DNA of 64,000 nucleotides from an uncultured Gammaproteobacteria bacterium (GCA_964473715.1 CAYYQC010000001.1:60674-124673); one strand, 5' to 3'. Shown: positions 1 to 10,172, numbered from the stretch's first letter. Program-made: numbers and translations. Notes: generated from the sequence alone by a model not told the origin.

Positions 1-2
1 CA

Positions 3-1082
3 GCAGAACCATGTATACGTGAACAAGGCAATGATCAATCGGGCTGTGACACACTAACAGCCGCACTGTGGGCTTTGGCAGCTGCTGAAATTAAAAATAA
101 TCATAAAAATCCCGCGCTCAATGACCATGCTAAAAAAGTGGTTGAATATATCCATGATAGTGCAGTAAGTACCGTAGCCAAAAAATTACACAGCCTAGAT
201 CAGTCACTATTTGAATCAAGTCTGCCCATATTTTGTAAACTTATTCAAACACCAGTGGCCAAAGAAATAACTTTATTCAGTTATGATCTTGGCTCTTCTT
301 TGTCTGATTCCATTTCCCAAGAAATATATATCCAATTAGGGGCAGCTAATTTATTTGGCTGGCTAGCATTTCAATGGTATGACCAGTGCTATGACGAAAA
401 AATTATTTCACCAGGATTACCATTAGCAAATATTTGTTTACGTGAAGCTACCAATACATATACCAATGTAGCACAGACTCTTTTGGTTGATCCTACATTA
501 GTAAACCAAACCTTAGATAGCGTTGACAAAGCTCATGCCACTGAATTAGCAACTAATCAAGATATAAATACGCATTTAAAATCTGGTAAAAAACTTCCGC
601 ACCTGCCAACGGCTATACCTGCCGAACGATCATTTGGTCACTGCCTTGGACCATTAATAATTGCCAGATCACTTAAAATTTCCGAGGCTCATTATCAACA
701 ACTTCGTCGTTTATTTACACATTATTTAAACACACGACAATTATGTGATGACTTACATGATTGGCATGAAGATTTCACAGCCAAACGACTAACTACTGTA
801 ACACGTTATTTATTTATGACAATACATTTATTCCCACATGCAGCTAAAAATCAAACACAAAAAATATTTTGGCGTGAAGGTCTTACTCAAGCATTAGGGA
901 ATGCAACTCATGAATTACATCAAACCACAAGTCTACTGCGTCAAATTGATTGGCCAATTGATGAACCAAAACAATTGCGCAAAACCTTGGATCGACTTGG
1001 CAGGTCCATTATCCAAGCCAGTACAGAACGTAAAACCAGCCAAGCATTATTAACCTATTATGAATCATATGAATCGGTTTAA
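3..1082 (+). CDS. Class I isoprenoid/terpene synthase-like protein, 5'-truncated by window edge
   Basis: Frame is open from position 3 (AEPCIREQG...). Contains Asp-rich QLCDDLHDWHED motif and a degenerate first motif (YDQCYD). Overlaps the downstream polyprenyl synthetase. Confidence 0.6.
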   Translation, partial: AEPCIREQGNDQSGCDTLTAALWALAAAEIKNNHKNPALNDHAKKVVEYIHDSAVSTVAKKLHSLDQSLFESSLPIFCKLIQTPVAKEITLFSYDLGSSLSDSISQEIYIQLGAANLFGWLAFQWYDQCYDEKIISPGLPLANICLREATNTYTNVAQTLLVDPTLVNQTLDSVDKAHATELATNQDINTHLKSGKKLPHLPTAIPAERSFGHCLGPLIIARSLKISEAHYQQLRRLFTHYLNTRQLCDDLHDWHEDFTAKRLTTVTRYLFMTIHLFPHAAKNQTQKIFWREGLTQALGNATHELHQTTSLLRQIDWPIDEPKQLRKTLDRLGRSIIQASTERKTSQALLTYYESYESV

Positions 1083-2136
1083 CGAATATTTGGAACAAAT
1101 ATCTCCGCATATTCAACGTGATACCAGAAATTTAGGTCGTGAGTGGAAAAGCCATTTACTATCTGAAATTACTGTACCTGAATATTTACATCCGGTTCTA
1201 ACGTGGTTTGAACACTGTGGCAAAGGCACACGCGGTTCACTAGTTCATTTGGCTGCAGAAAGCTTTAATAATCCTTTTTCTTCAGGAATTAATTCTAATA
1301 TAAAAAAATATGCAGCGTTAGTAGAGCTTCTTCAAAACGCACTTCTGGTTCATGATGATGTTATGGACCATTCTAACTGGCGACGAAATGGACTAAGTGT
1401 CCCAGCTGAATGTGCCAGTCGCTTACATGCACATAATTATGCAAATGCTGAAGAAAAAGGCACAGGCATTAGTATTGCGCTCGGCGACCATCTAATAAGT
1501 TGGTTGCAACAAAAACTTGTTGACCTAACTCCGCATGAAAAAATTACTAAACTACATTCGCTCTATACCAAATACCAAACATCTACCATGGCTGGACAAA
1601 TTCAAGATGTAGCTAATTTAGATTTAGAAATTGACAAAGAAAGTATTACAGATCTGTATGCCAGCAAAACCGGTGCATATACTTTTACTCTGCCATTGGT
1701 TTTGGGATATGTTGCCACAGTCCACACCATTGATTTCAGTATCACTCTACTTTTAGAATGTATTGGGCAATCTTTGGGTATTATTATGCAAGGCCTAGAT
1801 GATGAAGCTGGATTTAAAAATAAAGCTAATAGCTACCATGAATTAGCCACTGACCTTGAAAACCACCAACCCAGTTTATGGCTAGCACTCATGCTTCCAC
1901 TTCTGTCCCATCAGGAAAAAGTACTCTTAGAAAAAATTTGGTGGGGCGGCATGGTCACAAGAGATGAAACGAATTATGTGAAGCAGCTATATGAAAAATA
2001 TCAAATTCACCAAAAAGCTCAGGATATATACCGCACTGAAGCAAGATTAGCCCACGAGCTAATTAATGAGCTAGATTTGGAACCAAAATATGTCAAAATC
2101 TGGCATGGCCTAGTCCAAAACACTCTAAACCCTTAA
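1060..2136 (+). CDS. Polyprenyl synthetase (IspA/GGPPS family)
   Basis: GKGTR, LLVHDDVMD..RR (FARM), GQ..D, KTGAY and a degenerate second motif QGLDD. Confidence 0.85.
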   Translation: MNHMNRFNEYLEQISPHIQRDTRNLGREWKSHLLSEITVPEYLHPVLTWFEHCGKGTRGSLVHLAAESFNNPFSSGINSNIKKYAALVELLQNALLVHDDVMDHSNWRRNGLSVPAECASRLHAHNYANAEEKGTGISIALGDHLISWLQQKLVDLTPHEKITKLHSLYTKYQTSTMAGQIQDVANLDLEIDKESITDLYASKTGAYTFTLPLVLGYVATVHTIDFSITLLLECIGQSLGIIMQGLDDEAGFKNKANSYHELATDLENHQPSLWLALMLPLLSHQEKVLLEKIWWGGMVTRDETNYVKQLYEKYQIHQKAQDIYRTEARLAHELINELDLEPKYVKIWHGLVQNTLNP

Positions 2137-2241
2137 CCCCTTCCTAAGGGGTAGACCTAAGCGGCCAAACTAGGCCGGAGGGCTAGTTTTCTGGCCGTTT
2201 AGGCCTGTTTTCCTAGGAGAAAAGCCGTCCCCTTTAGGCTA

Positions 2242-2270
2242 TTGACAAAAAGACAGAAAAGTGCTATACT
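2242..2270 (+). promoter_or_regulatory. Sigma70 promoter for the GT4 gene
   Basis: TTGACA-17nt-TATACT with extended -10 TG. Confidence 0.75.
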
Positions 2271-2299
2271 TTGCTGTTTTATTCAAATAGCCCCCTGCT

Positions 2300-3457
2300 A
2301 TGCGTATTGCCATGATTGGACAAAAAGGTATGCCTGCCAGCTTCGGTGGCGTGGAACGTCATGTTCACGACCTAGCCGCTTCTTTGGCTAGCCAAAACCA
2401 CCAGGTATTTGCCTATGGCCGCTCCTGGTATACGGGTAAAAAAGGCCAAATTCAGGTTGATGGCGTAAAGGTGATTCACACCCCTACCATTCATACCAAG
2501 CATTTGGATGCTATTTCCCACACCTTTTTTAGTACTATTCACGCCCTTTTTCAGGGCTATGATGTTATTCATTACCACGGCGTTGGCCCAGCTTTATTGT
2601 CTTGGATTCCTCGCTTATTTAGTCGCCAGACTATGGTAGTGACTACTTTTCACTCTATTGACCGCACCCACCAAAAATGGGGTGGCTTTGCCAAATGGGT
2701 TTTGCGTTTGGGTGAAAAAGCAGCCGTAAAATTTGCCCATTACACTATTACTGTTTCTCGCAGTTTGGAATGGTATTGTCAAAAAGAATTTAATTTGTCT
2801 ACTGTTTATATTCCAAACGGCGTAACTCCATTGGTACAAACTAATAGCCAAGCTGTCTTACAAAAATTCGGCCTCATCCCAAACCAATACTTAGTAATGG
2901 TATCTCGTTTGGTTCCACACAAAGGCGCACATATTTTGATCAAGGCCTTTGCTGAATTCAAGCAAAAAAATCCTCAGTTCGCCCACCTTAAATTAGCTAT
3001 CGTGGGTGGCTCAGTTCATACTGACGCTTATGTAAGTGAACTGCAAACCATGTGTAATTCAGATGTAGTCATGGCTGGTTTTCAAACTGGTACAGATATT
3101 CAGGCTTTATACCAAAACGCAATTGCCTTGGTTCATCCTTCATTGTCTGAAGGTTTACCAATCACAGTCTTAGAAGCCATGAACAATGGTAAACCAGTTT
3201 TATTGTCAGATATTCCAGAGCACTTGGAAATTGGTACTGATTCACGCTTGGTTTTCAAACGTGGTAGTACAGATACAATTGTGACTGCACTCACTAAATT
3301 CTTTGCTCTTAGTCAAGCCGAACAAGATCAAATTGGTGAAGCCAATGCTTTCATTATTGAAACGCATTATCGTTGGTCTCATCTAGTGCCACAAATCCTG
3401 GCTGTATATGCTGGTGAAACTGACATCATTCCAGAAACAATTCTCGCCACTGTCTAA
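2300..3457 (+). CDS. Glycosyltransferase family 4
   Basis: MRIAMIGQKG..GGVERHV N-terminus; RLVPHKG; EGLPITVLEAM motif. Confidence 0.92.
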   Translation: MRIAMIGQKGMPASFGGVERHVHDLAASLASQNHQVFAYGRSWYTGKKGQIQVDGVKVIHTPTIHTKHLDAISHTFFSTIHALFQGYDVIHYHGVGPALLSWIPRLFSRQTMVVTTFHSIDRTHQKWGGFAKWVLRLGEKAAVKFAHYTITVSRSLEWYCQKEFNLSTVYIPNGVTPLVQTNSQAVLQKFGLIPNQYLVMVSRLVPHKGAHILIKAFAEFKQKNPQFAHLKLAIVGGSVHTDAYVSELQTMCNSDVVMAGFQTGTDIQALYQNAIALVHPSLSEGLPITVLEAMNNGKPVLLSDIPEHLEIGTDSRLVFKRGSTDTIVTALTKFFALSQAEQDQIGEANAFIIETHYRWSHLVPQILAVYAGETDIIPETILATV

Positions 3458-3470
3458 AAGATACAAATTT

Positions 3471-3504
3471 AAAAAACGCCCTGTGTAAAGCAGGGCGTTT
3501 TTTT
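3471..3504. terminator. Bidirectional intrinsic terminator
   Basis: aaaaaacgccctg-loop-cagggcgttttttt between convergent genes. Confidence 0.85.
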
Positions 3505-3517
3505 ATCGCATGTTTTC

Positions 3518-5512
3518 TTATAATGTTCCGTCAGTTAATAACACCAGATCATCTTTGCCATTAAAATCCACGTCAGAAGCTTGAATTCCCGCAGAACGGA
3601 ATGATTTACTTTTAAACGTAATGCTTGGTGCAAATTGTCCGCCCGCTAAATTATACATTTTTAAAATAGGGTAAGTACCACTACCAAAACCAGTCGCAAT
3701 TTCTGCCACACCATTACCATCAAAATCACCAGCCGCTACTGTTACTCCGCCAGTATATTTTTTATCGTACACAATCACTTCTACCATTTTATTTAACCCC
3801 GGATTATAAATCCCAACGGTTCCAACCCGCCCCTTACCAGAACCAATAATCACGCGTCCACTTGGACCTTTACCTGCAATGGCGATGGAATATCCCCCAT
3901 TATATTTTTTACCAAATGGATACCAACCAGGAAATACTTCTTCACCAATCAAGTTATAAATTTTAATTGGCAAAGCACCTTGAGCTGGTGCCACATATAA
4001 TTCAGAATTACTGTCATTATCCAAATTACCTACGGCCAACCTAATTGCGCCTTTATAATCAGCAGTAAAAGGATAAATCTTAAAAAAAGGCTGGCCATCA
4101 TCTTTGGTAGCTGTAATTTTATTTCCAGATGCCACAATTTGATCACGAACCCCATCACCATCCACATCTAAATATAATACTTGGTCACCACCTTTAAAAG
4201 CTTCATCAAACAAAAAATATCCATTGCGCAAACGCGCGCCATCAATACCATAAAACCGCGCAAATTGTCCATTGGTAAATAAGACATCATCTAAACGACT
4301 AACCGTTTTGCGTAAAATAATTCCATCAGTACCTTCAATATCTACTTCAGAAACAATGGCCCCATCATTCACACTACTAGCCTGCTTACCATTAATTTTT
4401 TCATATTCTCCACCCAGGTCAACGGTCTTAGCTTGATTCGTACTATTTACCAACACCAAACCATGCTCAAAATCACGACGCCAAATATCTGGTTGATATG
4501 AACCTTGTGTATTTGCGGCCAATGAAGGACTAAGGGGCTCACCAAGTGCCACATCATATTCATCATACCACCAAGTTTGTCCATGATTTTGGTCACCATG
4601 GTCATAGGAAAAATAACCATCTTCCAAAAGCGCAGAGCCTAATCCAAAACGCACTTGTTGCAAATTTTCTTTACCGGTATTTGAAGTATTAGAATTAATA
4701 ATATTCACGCGCGGCGCAGCTGTACCACGACTATTTGCTTGATAGGTATTCATGGTATTGGTCCAGGCATTAGCTGCAAAATTTTCGAGCATCTTGCCAT
4801 TTAATTCTTGCTGATATTGCCGCGTTGTACCATTACCAATAATAATCGCACTTGGATTTATTTCTTTAGTTTTGCGATATAAATTTTTCATTCCATTTTG
4901 CCACTCTGTATTAGCATTGGTATCACTGCGTCCATCACCATTTACATCCACGTCATTGCCCACAAAATACGTAATGCTGTCCCACGCATTATCATAAAAT
5001 ACTCCATCCCAAAGACCGGTGGATAATAATTTAGTACTAACAAAACGCACCATATAATCAGTGAGATTTTCTCCACCAACTCGTGGCGCACCTGGCGTAA
5101 CATTTAACACATAGGTTCCCGGCCACCAACTGGTTCTGGCGCCGCCACTATTATGCAAATACCATTGTTCAGAAATACCGGCGGCCAATTCTCTACGGAG
5201 CACACCACCGCCACTTCCTGCATCTTGGCGAATTTCTTGCGGTGTTATGTACACTAATAATTTAATTTCTGGATTCCATTGTCTAATAGCCCGAAGCAAA
5301 GATGGATGACGTTGCTGTACTTCCATATCCATAATCACTACATCATATTTGGCCAAATTCCGCGCTTGGGTTTCATTCAAGTCCCAGTTCAAAAAATAAT
5401 TAGCCACTGGTGGCGTACCTTTACTATTGACCGCATAAACAAAAGAAGGGGTCAAAGTACCCCACACCAAACTTATAATTAGACTCAAAATAGCCAGACT
5501 TTTATACTGCAT
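3518..5512 (-). CDS. Secreted putative glycoside hydrolase (TIM-barrel-like) with C-terminal FG-GAP/VCBS-like repeats
   Basis: Signal peptide; WDGVFYDN motif; WWYDEYD; WRRDFEHGLVLVN; repeated GDxDGDG motifs in the C-terminal part. Confidence 0.7.
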   Translation of the reverse strand: MQYKSLAILSLIISLVWGTLTPSFVYAVNSKGTPPVANYFLNWDLNETQARNLAKYDVVIMDMEVQQRHPSLLRAIRQWNPEIKLLVYITPQEIRQDAGSGGGVLRRELAAGISEQWYLHNSGGARTSWWPGTYVLNVTPGAPRVGGENLTDYMVRFVSTKLLSTGLWDGVFYDNAWDSITYFVGNDVDVNGDGRSDTNANTEWQNGMKNLYRKTKEINPSAIIIGNGTTRQYQQELNGKMLENFAANAWTNTMNTYQANSRGTAAPRVNIINSNTSNTGKENLQQVRFGLGSALLEDGYFSYDHGDQNHGQTWWYDEYDVALGEPLSPSLAANTQGSYQPDIWRRDFEHGLVLVNSTNQAKTVDLGGEYEKINGKQASSVNDGAIVSEVDIEGTDGIILRKTVSRLDDVLFTNGQFARFYGIDGARLRNGYFLFDEAFKGGDQVLYLDVDGDGVRDQIVASGNKITATKDDGQPFFKIYPFTADYKGAIRLAVGNLDNDSNSELYVAPAQGALPIKIYNLIGEEVFPGWYPFGKKYNGGYSIAIAGKGPSGRVIIGSGKGRVGTVGIYNPGLNKMVEVIVYDKKYTGGVTVAAGDFDGNGVAEIATGFGSGTYPILKMYNLAGGQFAPSITFKSKSFRSAGIQASDVDFNGKDDLVLLTDGTL

Positions 5513-5540
5513 ATCTAACAGTAGATTAGCAGAAAAAACC

Positions 5541-6749
5541 TTATTGGTAAACCTGCAAAATCTGTTCTAAATGTGCTTCTAGACCATAACGCAATCGCGC
5601 TAAATCTTGTAAGGTTTTACCAGCCTCTGCACGCTCACTTGCCGCAGCCAAGTGCCACGCTAAAATTTTATCAGCTAATTCTGTACTATTGCCTGGAGCA
5701 AATAAAAATTCTTTAGGAAGCATCTCAGGAATTCCACCAATTCTACTACCAAGCACAATTCTACCCTGTGCCATGGGTTCCAAAACACTTAGTGGCGCAT
5801 TTTCATACCATACAGAAGGTGCCACCAAGATGCTGGCCTGGTCTAAAAATTCTTGCATGGCTGCGCCAGTTTTAAATCCCACCAATTCTACATTAGTTAA
5901 TTTTTGTTCAGCACAAACTGCCCGCAAGCGATTTTCATCTGGACCAGAGCCAGCAATTTTAAATGCAATATGAGGAAGTTCTTTGGCGGCCGCAAGTAAT
6001 ACATCAACACCTTTTTCTTCTGACAATCGACCGGCAAAACCTACATATTTTCCATGCCCATTACTGGTTTTTTTCACCACAGCCACAGGATTTGGAATTA
6101 CTACCACCTTATTTTTATCATATCCATGTTTGATTAATTTCCGAGCCATGAATTCACTCGGTGCAACAAAAGTATCCACGTATTGCTCGTAATATTTTTT
6201 AATTTTATGATGCCAAATCATTTCTGTTACTTTGACTGCACTATACACGCGATTATCTTTGACACATTTATTTTTTACACATGAAAAATAATACCCCTCA
6301 GCATCTTCTTCATGAATGGCGTTGTGATGAAACAAAGAATAATTTGGGCTAATTAAGTGATAATCATGCACAGTCATAACCACGCGCGCGCCAGCTTTTT
6401 TTAAAACCGGCAAAATAGCGGGGGAAATATGATGGTAGATATTATGAATATGCGCCACATCAATTTTTTCTGTGGACAATAAACGCTTGAGATTTTGTAC
6501 GGCCTCGCGGCAATAAAACATGCGGGCCGTGGCCTGTACCTTGGTAAGCAGAGATAATTGGCCTGGTTTGCCCAAGTCTAAATTTGAAACAAAATATTTG
6601 GCGTATGGCGAAGCCAATGATTGCGGCTCATGCATGGCAAAGGGGATCACTTCATGCCCATCATTTCGCAACCATTCAGATAATTGCAAAGCATAATTTG
6701 AAGCACCATCGCGGTACCAATAATATTTATGCGCTTGTAATACTTTCAT
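5541..6749 (-). CDS. Glycosyltransferase family 4
   Basis: HIHNIYHHISP; GRLSEEKG; WYENAPLSVLE. Confidence 0.92.
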   Translation of the reverse strand: MKVLQAHKYYWYRDGASNYALQLSEWLRNDGHEVIPFAMHEPQSLASPYAKYFVSNLDLGKPGQLSLLTKVQATARMFYCREAVQNLKRLLSTEKIDVAHIHNIYHHISPAILPVLKKAGARVVMTVHDYHLISPNYSLFHHNAIHEEDAEGYYFSCVKNKCVKDNRVYSAVKVTEMIWHHKIKKYYEQYVDTFVAPSEFMARKLIKHGYDKNKVVVIPNPVAVVKKTSNGHGKYVGFAGRLSEEKGVDVLLAAAKELPHIAFKIAGSGPDENRLRAVCAEQKLTNVELVGFKTGAAMQEFLDQASILVAPSVWYENAPLSVLEPMAQGRIVLGSRIGGIPEMLPKEFLFAPGNSTELADKILAWHLAAASERAEAGKTLQDLARLRYGLEAHLEQILQVYQ

Positions 6750-6787
6750 ATGCTTCTAATTGTAACTAATTTAAGCCAAAAAAACAA

Positions 6788-6816
6788 TTGACTTGGCAGT
6801 GTAGTAGTCTTATACT
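6788..6816 (+). promoter_or_regulatory. Sigma70 promoter
   Basis: TTGACT-17nt-TATACT. Implies the true start is ATG 6836, not TTG 6788. Confidence 0.65.
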
Positions 6817-6835
6817 TAGAGCATTAATTGTTTAC

Positions 6836-8284
6836 ATGTTCCGCCACCTGTCATTCCCCCGCTCTCTTCTTTTTATCCTGCTTACAGCTGGAATTTTTGT
6901 GATTGCAAATCCCGCCCCTGCAATTGATTTGGCAATTATTGGAGCGGCTATTTTTGCCGCAGGTTATGTGGTGCTGAAAGAAAAAATTCTTTTACTGTTT
7001 TTAGCCGCGCGTCCTGCACTTGATGTATGGCGCGATACTGTTATTGTTGGTGGCCAAAATGTGAATGCCGTGCTTGCGATTTTGTTTTTTGGTTGGGCCA
7101 TTGTCATGCTCTTTAAACACCGAGAAAAAATTGAAAAAGTGCCACTCTTAGGACTTTTTACTCTCACAGGCGGATGGTTTTTATATAGTGCCACATACAG
7201 TTTAGATCCAATCTTAAGCATAATTGAAACAGTTAAATTTTTAAATATCGGTCTTATTTTCTTCTTGTCCTATATTTTCATTAAACAGGAAATTCTTAAA
7301 CCTATTGAGATTGTCACAGCCATTGCCGCAGGCGCAGCCATTCCACTCCTCATGGGCCTCATACAAATTGTTTTCCAAACCGGTATTACTACTTTTGAAA
7401 TTCAAGACCGCATCTTTGGCACATTTGCACACCCAAATGTCTTTGCTTTTTTTGTCATGTTCTTATTATTTTTACATCATCATTACAGCACCATGTCTCC
7501 TACGGCTTTTTGGGAAAAACATCATGGATGGCGCGTGGGTATTTTTGGTATTTTAATTCTTTTGCTATTACTCACCTATACACGCGCGGCGTGGGTAGGA
7601 TTGGCCATTTACGCAGCCATGATGGCACTACTAAGTTATCGCAGACCATCACTCAAAATTTTATATGTGCTGGCTGGAATTTATGTAATTTTATTTCCAG
7701 CAAGTGACTGGCTCACTCGCAATACAGATTTTAGACCAAACGATTACCCTATTATTGCGCGTTTAACTACACGTTCAGAAGAAGCAGATTCAGTAGATTG
7801 GCGTTTAAATTTAGTACGTTCAAACTTACGCTTAATTGTAAAAGGCCCACGCACTACTCAAGGATTTGGTTATGGCACTTTCCCCATTGTTTGGGAACAT
7901 GATCGCCCAGAATCTAATGAAACAGATGATAGCGCAGAATCACATAATGATTATTTGCGTTTAGCTGTAGAAGTTGGAGTGGTTGGTTTAATCCTGTATT
8001 GCTTATTGCTGGCGCGCTTAGCCTGGATTGCAGGTCGGCTTGTACTTGCACCACCATCATCATATAAATTATTACAACACAATAAAACCACCTGGCTTCG
8101 CCGTTTCCGTGAACGTGATTTACATTTATTTTTATTTGGTTCAATTGTAGTGTTTGGCATTGTCAGTTTATCCGACAACATGTTGCATCACACACCAGTA
8201 CTTTGGATGATCTGGAGTATTTGGGGAACAATTTTGGCCGAAGCACCGTGGCGTACCAGTGGGCCGAATTTCTTAGATAATTAA
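6836..8284 (+). CDS. O-antigen ligase / Wzy-like polytopic membrane protein
   Basis: Many TM segments; RIFGTFAHPN; TYTRAAW; GFGYGTF; SHNDYLRLAVEVGVVG. Confidence 0.88.
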   Translation: MFRHLSFPRSLLFILLTAGIFVIANPAPAIDLAIIGAAIFAAGYVVLKEKILLLFLAARPALDVWRDTVIVGGQNVNAVLAILFFGWAIVMLFKHREKIEKVPLLGLFTLTGGWFLYSATYSLDPILSIIETVKFLNIGLIFFLSYIFIKQEILKPIEIVTAIAAGAAIPLLMGLIQIVFQTGITTFEIQDRIFGTFAHPNVFAFFVMFLLFLHHHYSTMSPTAFWEKHHGWRVGIFGILILLLLLTYTRAAWVGLAIYAAMMALLSYRRPSLKILYVLAGIYVILFPASDWLTRNTDFRPNDYPIIARLTTRSEEADSVDWRLNLVRSNLRLIVKGPRTTQGFGYGTFPIVWEHDRPESNETDDSAESHNDYLRLAVEVGVVGLILYCLLLARLAWIAGRLVLAPPSSYKLLQHNKTTWLRRFRERDLHLFLFGSIVVFGIVSLSDNMLHHTPVLWMIWSIWGTILAEAPWRTSGPNFLDN

Positions 8285-8308
8285 ACCCACCTATTAAAAT
8301 TAGCAAAT

Positions 8309-8337
8309 AAAAAATCCACTTATTCAGTGGATTTTTT
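8309..8337. terminator. Bidirectional intrinsic terminator
   Basis: aaaaaatccact-tattc-agtggatttttt. Confidence 0.8.
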
Positions 8338-8492
8338 ACATTCTTATTCTCACCAGCAAATGATGAAGATAAGAGTTGTGGGGGCGGCGAAATTAATCAC
8401 CGCCCCTTTGCTCCCTTCCCCTCCAAGGGAACCATTCCCGGGCGCGCGTGCCGGGCAGGTCAGAGATTTCTGACCACTTAGTTGTGATGCGC

Positions 8493-9827
8493 CTAGTTGG
8501 CCGGCGGGCTCGGCATGAGCCAGTCGTCCCATCCGCCGGGCGAGCAGATGTAGACCCCGTTGAGGTCGGCCGGCTTGGAGCCGTCGAACACCTCGTTGAG
8601 GGTCCATTTCGGGTTGATGCCCTGCGGGATGAGGGTGATGTTCGGCACCGCGCCGGAGCACAGGTTTCCCTGGCCATCGACGTTACCGCTACCGACCCAA
8701 TCCTGGGCCTCACCCTCGTGGTTCGTCACCACGTTGAAACCGAATACCTGGCCCTCGCACCAGGTCACCTCGCGTCCGAGGTTCTGCCACTCGCCGACCG
8801 GCCAGCCGTTGTTCGCATCAGCGTAGCTGACGAGACCAAAGAACTGGAACCCCTGCTTCACGCGGAGCGTGTAGCAGTTGACGGTCGGGAGAACGATGGG
8901 AGTACCGTTGCAGACGCCGGAAGCGCCGCACTGGTCGCCCGTCGTGGCGGAGTCGCCGTCGTCGCAGGTCGCGCCGACATTGATGGTTCCGCCGGCGCAG
9001 AGGCCGTTGACGAAGGTCGTTCCCTGCGTGCAGGGGTTGAAGTCGTCGCAGGTCTGCGCGGAGGGGGTCGTCGTTCCGACGCAGACGCAGGAAGCGTTGA
9101 GCCGGTCGTTGGTGGTGTTGATGTTGCCGTCGTCGCAGGATGCGCCGACGTTACAGGGCGGAGTAGGTGCCGAGTGGCAGCCCGTGCCGTCCGTGCAACC
9201 GTAGTCACACGACTTGAAAAAGTAGTCCTCCGGGACGCAAGTGCCGCTGACGCAGCTGGCCTTGGTCTGATAGAGGTTGTTGTTTTCGCACCACTGCGAC
9301 CCGGCGCCGCAGTCGGCGTTGGTGATACACTCGGGAACCGGGATCGGATCGACGTCGTCGTTGTTGATGATGACGATGGTCGTCGTGCCGTCGGCACCAT
9401 CCTTCATCGTGAAGGAGGTCCCGTCGGTGCACTTGACGATCTTGGTCCCGTCGCTGTTTGGGAATGCGGAGCAGGACGAGCCGTCGAGCCCGTCAAGTCC
9501 GTTCTTCCCGTCCGTCCCGTTCTTCACGGTGGCGGTGGTACCGTCGCTGCAGGAGATGCTGGCGCCCGTGCTGGTCTCGCTGACCATGCACGAAACGCCC
9601 TCCTTCCCGGGCACGCCCTGCGGACCGCGGCAGAGGCCGCTGTCCACGATGCAGACACCACCTTCGCCACAATCGGCGTTGGAGGTGCACTTCAGCGTCT
9701 CGGACTCGCTCTGAGGCTGAGTCGGATCGGCGCCGCAACCCGCGGCGAGGGTCATGATGAACACCACGACGAGGAAACCAACCGACTCGGTCAGCGAGGC
9801 GAACAACGCCACCTTGAAATTGCGCAC
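8493..9827 (-). CDS. High-GC Cys-rich lipoprotein with collagen-like G-x-x and SC..TI.C.DGT repeats (gene A)
   Basis: GTG start 5 nt after GGAG; lipobox LAAG-C; GPQGVPGKEG and DGKNGLDGLDG; CDDGN/CDDFNPCT/CDDGD repeats; strong GC3 bias in this frame. Confidence 0.8.
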   Translation of the reverse strand: MRNFKVALFASLTESVGFLVVVFIMTLAAGCGADPTQPQSESETLKCTSNADCGEGGVCIVDSGLCRGPQGVPGKEGVSCMVSETSTGASISCSDGTTATVKNGTDGKNGLDGLDGSSCSAFPNSDGTKIVKCTDGTSFTMKDGADGTTTIVIINNDDVDPIPVPECITNADCGAGSQWCENNNLYQTKASCVSGTCVPEDYFFKSCDYGCTDGTGCHSAPTPPCNVGASCDDGNINTTNDRLNASCVCVGTTTPSAQTCDDFNPCTQGTTFVNGLCAGGTINVGATCDDGDSATTGDQCGASGVCNGTPIVLPTVNCYTLRVKQGFQFFGLVSYADANNGWPVGEWQNLGREVTWCEGQVFGFNVVTNHEGEAQDWVGSGNVDGQGNLCSGAVPNITLIPQGINPKWTLNEVFDGSKPADLNGVYICSPGGWDDWLMPSPPAN

Positions 9828-10143
9828 GGTATCTCCATGAAGCAAAAGTGCCGCTCTTTCACATCGTTCGCGTGTGAATAGAGGGCAAAGGTCACCTGAA
9901 CCGTAGTGTTAGGGATAATAGACACCGAATGGTGTCCAGCAGAGCCCCATCACTACGTAGATGGGGAAGAAAATATCTTAATAAAATATCTTCTTCCCCA
10001 TGGTGACCTCTTCTAGAGAGGTGCGTTATAACCTAAGCTGTAAAGAGAGGTATGTATCTCACCTTTCGGGGAGACAGTGGTACCCTGTTCTGGGCCAGAT
10101 TGTCTGGTTCAGGACAGGAGACCGCTTTAAATTTTAACTGAAA

Positions 10144-10172
10144 AGTATACCATTATTAGACGAATTTGTCAA
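10144..10172 (-). promoter_or_regulatory. Extended sigma70 promoter for high-GC gene A
   Basis: Minus strand TTGACA-aattcgtctaataatgg(17)-TATACT. Confidence 0.75.

Noticed and set aside
8448-9881. 477-aa + strand ORF and other overlapping ORFs across gene A
   Set aside because: Antisense/shadow frames expected from high GC3. The minus-strand frame has the SD, lipobox and coherent motifs.
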